Positions 60,189-64,000 of a DNA stretch of 64,000 nucleotides are shown here, piece after piece (within the stretch, counting starts at the first letter, position 1; the number at the start of each line of letters is the position of its first letter). The translations under genes were made by a program, and so were the position numbers. The stretch spans positions 372,001 to 436,000 of the forward strand of contig ML996702.1 in the NCBI GenBank assembly GCA_010356995.1. Reading direction: 5' to 3'. The notes under the pieces were generated by a model, which had not been told where the DNA came from, searched no databases, and saw only the letters and a list, made by a program, of their open reading frames with translations. Source of the DNA: Trichodelitschia bisporula (taxonomy: Eukaryota).

Positions 60189-63100
60189 AGGGGTGCTATG
60201 TTGGGTTTCTTGGACGTTCGGCGTTTAACGGGATGTCTAGGTTTGCATACTTAGGTTACGTCGGCTGAGTGTTTAGCGGTGGGATGGGTGCGGATTTGTG
60301 GACGGCATGAATGTCAAATGAAGGTTTCCGTGTTAGCAATGCTTGACTGGCCAGTCAATTCACTGGTCGGTAGTTTTCTTCTTGATCCTGGCGAAGCTAC
60401 TGAGCTCATATTTGCTGGGTCCCGAACTTCCGAGATGCTGATGTGCACTTGCTGATTGTTGTTTCTTAGTATTGACATCAATATCAGCCTTGCATTGCAT
60501 CCCACATGACAGCTTCGGTCTCCCTCAAACTGGTTACTACCGAGGAAACAATTCCAGACAGCACGGTGACACTACCCGAGAGCATTCTAGTTTCGACCCC
60601 ATCCGTGCCCTCGCGCGAGGCAAGGTACCTAGACGTACCTTCCCATTCAGCTGGAGCACCCCTAGGAAGTGATATATTGGACCGTGCATCACAATTTTCA
60701 AGGGAAGGCATCACCCCGACCATGACGCAAGTGAGGAATGTTCAGACGTCCCACGTGAAGGTTTCAATCAAGATCGACACAGATCGTGTGCATTGACAGA
60801 TGACGCTTGGAACAGTACTCAAGCGCGAGTCCGGCGCCCTTCAAGCGAACCTTGCCCGGCGTTATAATACCAGAGGACTACAGATAGCTGCGAGGGCTCG
60901 CCTCGAAGAAATTGAGAGAAATTCTTCGCGAACGATCTACGATGTGGTGTCTTCCTTAGCCCTACTAGTTAAGTCATGGGCGAGAGTTGACGCGCGCGTA
61001 CATCGGGCGCTTCCCAGCGACAAGCTTCACATGAGCGGATCCTCCCCCCCTAGCGGATTGAAGAAGGCCTATATCATCTTGACTACCGGGACGTCGCTTC
61101 TCCCAACTGCACACCGTTAATATTGCCGCGGCCTGGAGACGAGGTTCTTCACGGTCTCCGCAAATGGTCGCCTCAGCTGGGACGGCCAGCCAGCGCATTG
61201 GAATATTGTGATCCGAGCAGCCACGCTATGGACAATGCTGGTTGGCAGACAGTTCCGAACCCGGCTTGAGGTTCCAAGTCTAAGATTGCTGCGCAAAGTT
61301 GGAGCAGGTGGTGCCGGGGAGCAATAGGCTGAGGCGCAGATACAACCATTGCACTGCAGGCTGGCACGATGCCATTACAGTATGCAGCGTGGCGGGAACA
61401 TTTCCAGTGCTACGACGGTATCTGATACGGGAAGCAACAGAGTTTTGGACCTCTTGCGCTGCTGGCCGTGTGGAAATTTGACACATGCGAAGCGCGTACC
61501 TGCAGTCTAGCCACGCAAGTACGCAGCGCAGTAGTACAGTAATCCCAGAGTGTAGCACAAAGAAATGCGAGAGGCCTGCATGAGCTGGCAAAGAACAACG
61601 CAGTATCGGAATGGCGGGAAACAATTAGGGACTGGAAGAAAGGCATTCGATTTTGTAAAGGCGATATGACGAAGGAGGCTCAAATGGTCACGAGGTGAGA
61701 AAAACTGTGCCCGATAGACTGCACCTTAGTGAGATCCAGTTAACCTGTAGAGCAAACAGTACAGCTGGAAGCCTCAAGCGAGGTAAAATGGAAGCGGAAA
61801 TTGGCCGAGCGTCCTATTATAAGGTCTGTGTTAATAATAGGGCACAACTTGTCTTCACCCACCTAAGCGGTGGGAAACCAGGCTTCTACGGCGATGAGCG
61901 ACCAGGAGCGTACAGGGCATGCCCGTGTCGATTAGAACTCTCGGTTGCGGCTGTGCGCCAGAGGGGACTATGTCTGGATCGGGGGAGGCTTGGAATGCTG
62001 GTGAATGTTTTTGTTGTGGCCTAAGGGTCTGTATGGCAATTTACGTGCAACGCAGACGGCGGCTTGCGGAATAAGTGTAAACCTAGCGCCTGGAGACCGG
62101 TATCGCCGTGCCGCCCTGGAAGCTTCTGTCTGCTGAGAACTGGCTTCTGGGCCGGAAAGACGCAGGACGCGGCACTCAAACGCTGGCCAGCGCATCGCCT
62201 CCAAACACGAAGCTGCGTAGGGCGATGGTAGTGGTGTGGTGGTTCCTGGATGCTGTTGAGTACCTGCATAAGGCTGGTACAGAAAGGGCAGTTGGACCAC
62301 GGTGAGTGATAATTGCTGCGGTAATGGCCTCCAATCAAACAGGCCGACGAGGAAGCGAAGTGTGGTGGAGGTGGGAGGAGTGAGCCTGGTGACAGTAGTA
62401 CGGCGCATAAGAGACCCGGAGATTCATCAGACAGCATAGAAGATGCAAACGGCAGAGCGTCACAAGCGAAACGGAAGTCTTGGGTATTCGGAACGGAGGA
62501 GAGGGGTTGTTGATGACGACGGACATAGAACGGGGAGGGTGATTTGGCGACACTCACGATGGCCGATTCACTACTGAACGGTGCATCGTGAACTCGTTAG
62601 GCGTCAATGTCGAAGTTGTTAGGCGGATGGCTGTGTGTTGCTGGAGGATGCTTTACCTGCAACAGGGCAAGATCAAAAGCGACGAGACGACGAGTGACGC
62701 TGAGACGAGGAGATGAGAAGACGGAAAGTGTCCTCCTTCGCAGCAAATTTCATCCGGGGGGTACAATTACGGATAGGGAAGGAGGGGAGGAGCCACGCGG
62801 TGCGTCGCTGAAAGGTGTTTCTATTGGCGGGGAAGCCGTTCCTTGCCTGTGGGAAACCAGATGTCCCGGGATGTGGCTTGACCGTTCATCGACGCTAACC
62901 TCCTTGGCATGTTTGGTGGATATCGGGATCTCCTACCACTTTCCCACCACTTTCTCAGCGCATTTGCCGGGAATTTGCAGTGAATTGGTAGTGTGTTTAC
63001 AGTGAAAAAGCGATGGAATGAGTAAACAGCCCCCGCCCATTCTCCTCCAGATACACAAGGCGTTCCTGATGCCAACCGTTAGTCCCGTACACGCCTCGCC

Positions 63101-63677
63101 GCCTCAACCTTGCCAGACGCCCCCGTCGTCACTTCCCAAAGCTGCTATCCCCCTCCCCTCCCCTCCCATCATCAAATGGTCCATCCCCCTTCTATCTATC
63201 CCAATCCCAATCTTTTCCAGAAAATCTCAACTCCAAAAATTCTCACATGCGACGATAGATCACCAAAGTCCTTCCTTTCGATCGTGTGTGTTGTGTGCGA
63301 GTGTTGCTTTTCTGCCGTGACTTGATTCACTGCATCCCTTCCTTCAATTCTTTTGCTTTCTCAAGGCTCAGGCCGATCAACCCTTGGAGCTCGACTCCGC
63401 CTTCGCTCCTTACCCCATTCCAACCCAGACCCTGGGTGCTGACAGCCCAACACACCTTCCTTCCAACTCGTCTTACACCGGACTATCAGAGAGTCGCCCC
63501 CGCCTCAATTGAGTCGCGGAACCAAGCAAAACATCAGACGATAGTCGGCAAAGAGATACTGCGACAACAAAACAGTGCTTGCACTTGTTCCTCTTAACAC
63601 CCCCCACACTCCTTCCAGTCGCAAACAGCAACCTTTCTTTCATTTACAACACGCACCTCCAGCCAGCATCCTCGAAC

Positions 63678-63709
63678 CGCCAACCTCGCCAACCTCGCCA
63701 ACCTCGCCA
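63678..63709 (+). repeat. Tandem 9-mer (CGCCAACCT)x3.5 in the 5' leader of the SUN gene
   Basis: cgccaacct cgccaacct cgccaacct cgcca read directly. Confidence 0.85.
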
Positions 63710-63750
63710 GCCGGCAGCACGCACCGGATTTCCTGGCACTTCTCACAATA

Positions 63751-64000
63751 ATGAAGGTCGAAGTCACTGCTTTCATTGCTCTCGCGGCCATCGCGAGGGC
63801 GCAGCCGCACCAGCATGTTCATAAGCACGCGCATGCGCATGCGAAGCGCCATGTTGTCGGGAAGCGTAGCGTTGTCGAACAGAGCGTCGCCGTCACCGTT
63901 GTTGAGTGCTGGTTGGGCGACCATGTCCTCTCGGAGGCGGAGTGTAAGCAAGGAATCGCCGATGGTAGTCTCAAGTGGGCGGACGACGGGTCGGTGTCGG
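63751..64000 (+). CDS. 5' part of a secreted SUN-family (GH132) glucanase-like cell-wall protein; truncated by the window end
   Basis: ataATG; signal peptide MKVEVTAFIALAAIARA; His-rich QPHQHVHKHAHAHAKR with Kex2 sites; VTVVECWLGDHVLSEAECKQGIADGSLKWAD matches the N-terminal block I recall from Pezizomycotina SUN proteins. The catalytic domain is not in the window. Confidence 0.65.
   Translation, partial: MKVEVTAFIALAAIARAQPHQHVHKHAHAHAKRHVVGKRSVVEQSVAVTVVECWLGDHVLSEAECKQGIADGSLKWADDGSVS

Noticed and set aside
1..64000. Transposons, tRNA/rRNA genes, CRISPR arrays, secondary-metabolite cluster
   Set aside because: No transposase/RT motifs, TIRs/LTRs, AT-rich RIP blocks, cloverleafs, spaced repeats or PKS/NRPS backbone seen.

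Overview
Gene-dense stretch of a filamentous ascomycete (Pezizomycotina) nuclear genome with short spliceosomal introns (GT/GC...CTRAY...YAG); Dothideomycete-like by impression only. About 21 protein-coding genes can be reconstructed by hand: a Ser/Pro-rich disordered protein, a DUF676 serine hydrolase, REX3, a COX24/mS38-domain protein, a CFEM membrane protein, an EamA/DMT transporter, an AKR7-like aldehyde reductase, a SesB-like hydrolase-NACHT-ankyrin NLR, the glutamate-cysteine ligase modifier subunit, AP-1 sigma, MAF1, two divergent BTB-like proteins, a conserved low-complexity protein, an Sso-type syntaxin, a HAD phosphatase, BUD32, NUP188, trifunctional trpC/TRP1, gamma-tubulin and the 5' end of a SUN-family protein. 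I saw no rRNA, tRNA, transposon or CRISPR. The most interesting signals are translational and splicing recoding: (1) the AKR stop is TGA-CTA followed in frame by a short tail ending SKL-stop, i.e. a cryptic readthrough-derived peroxisomal isoform; (2) a probable ACG (non-AUG) start in ideal fungal Kozak context for the EamA transporter; (3) a CFEM domain with His at the usual heme-ligating Asp position; (4) two GC-AG introns; (5) a >1 kb AUG-free leader; (6) a recurrent intergenic GTACGTACGGTA element. All family calls come from motif recognition, not database searches.
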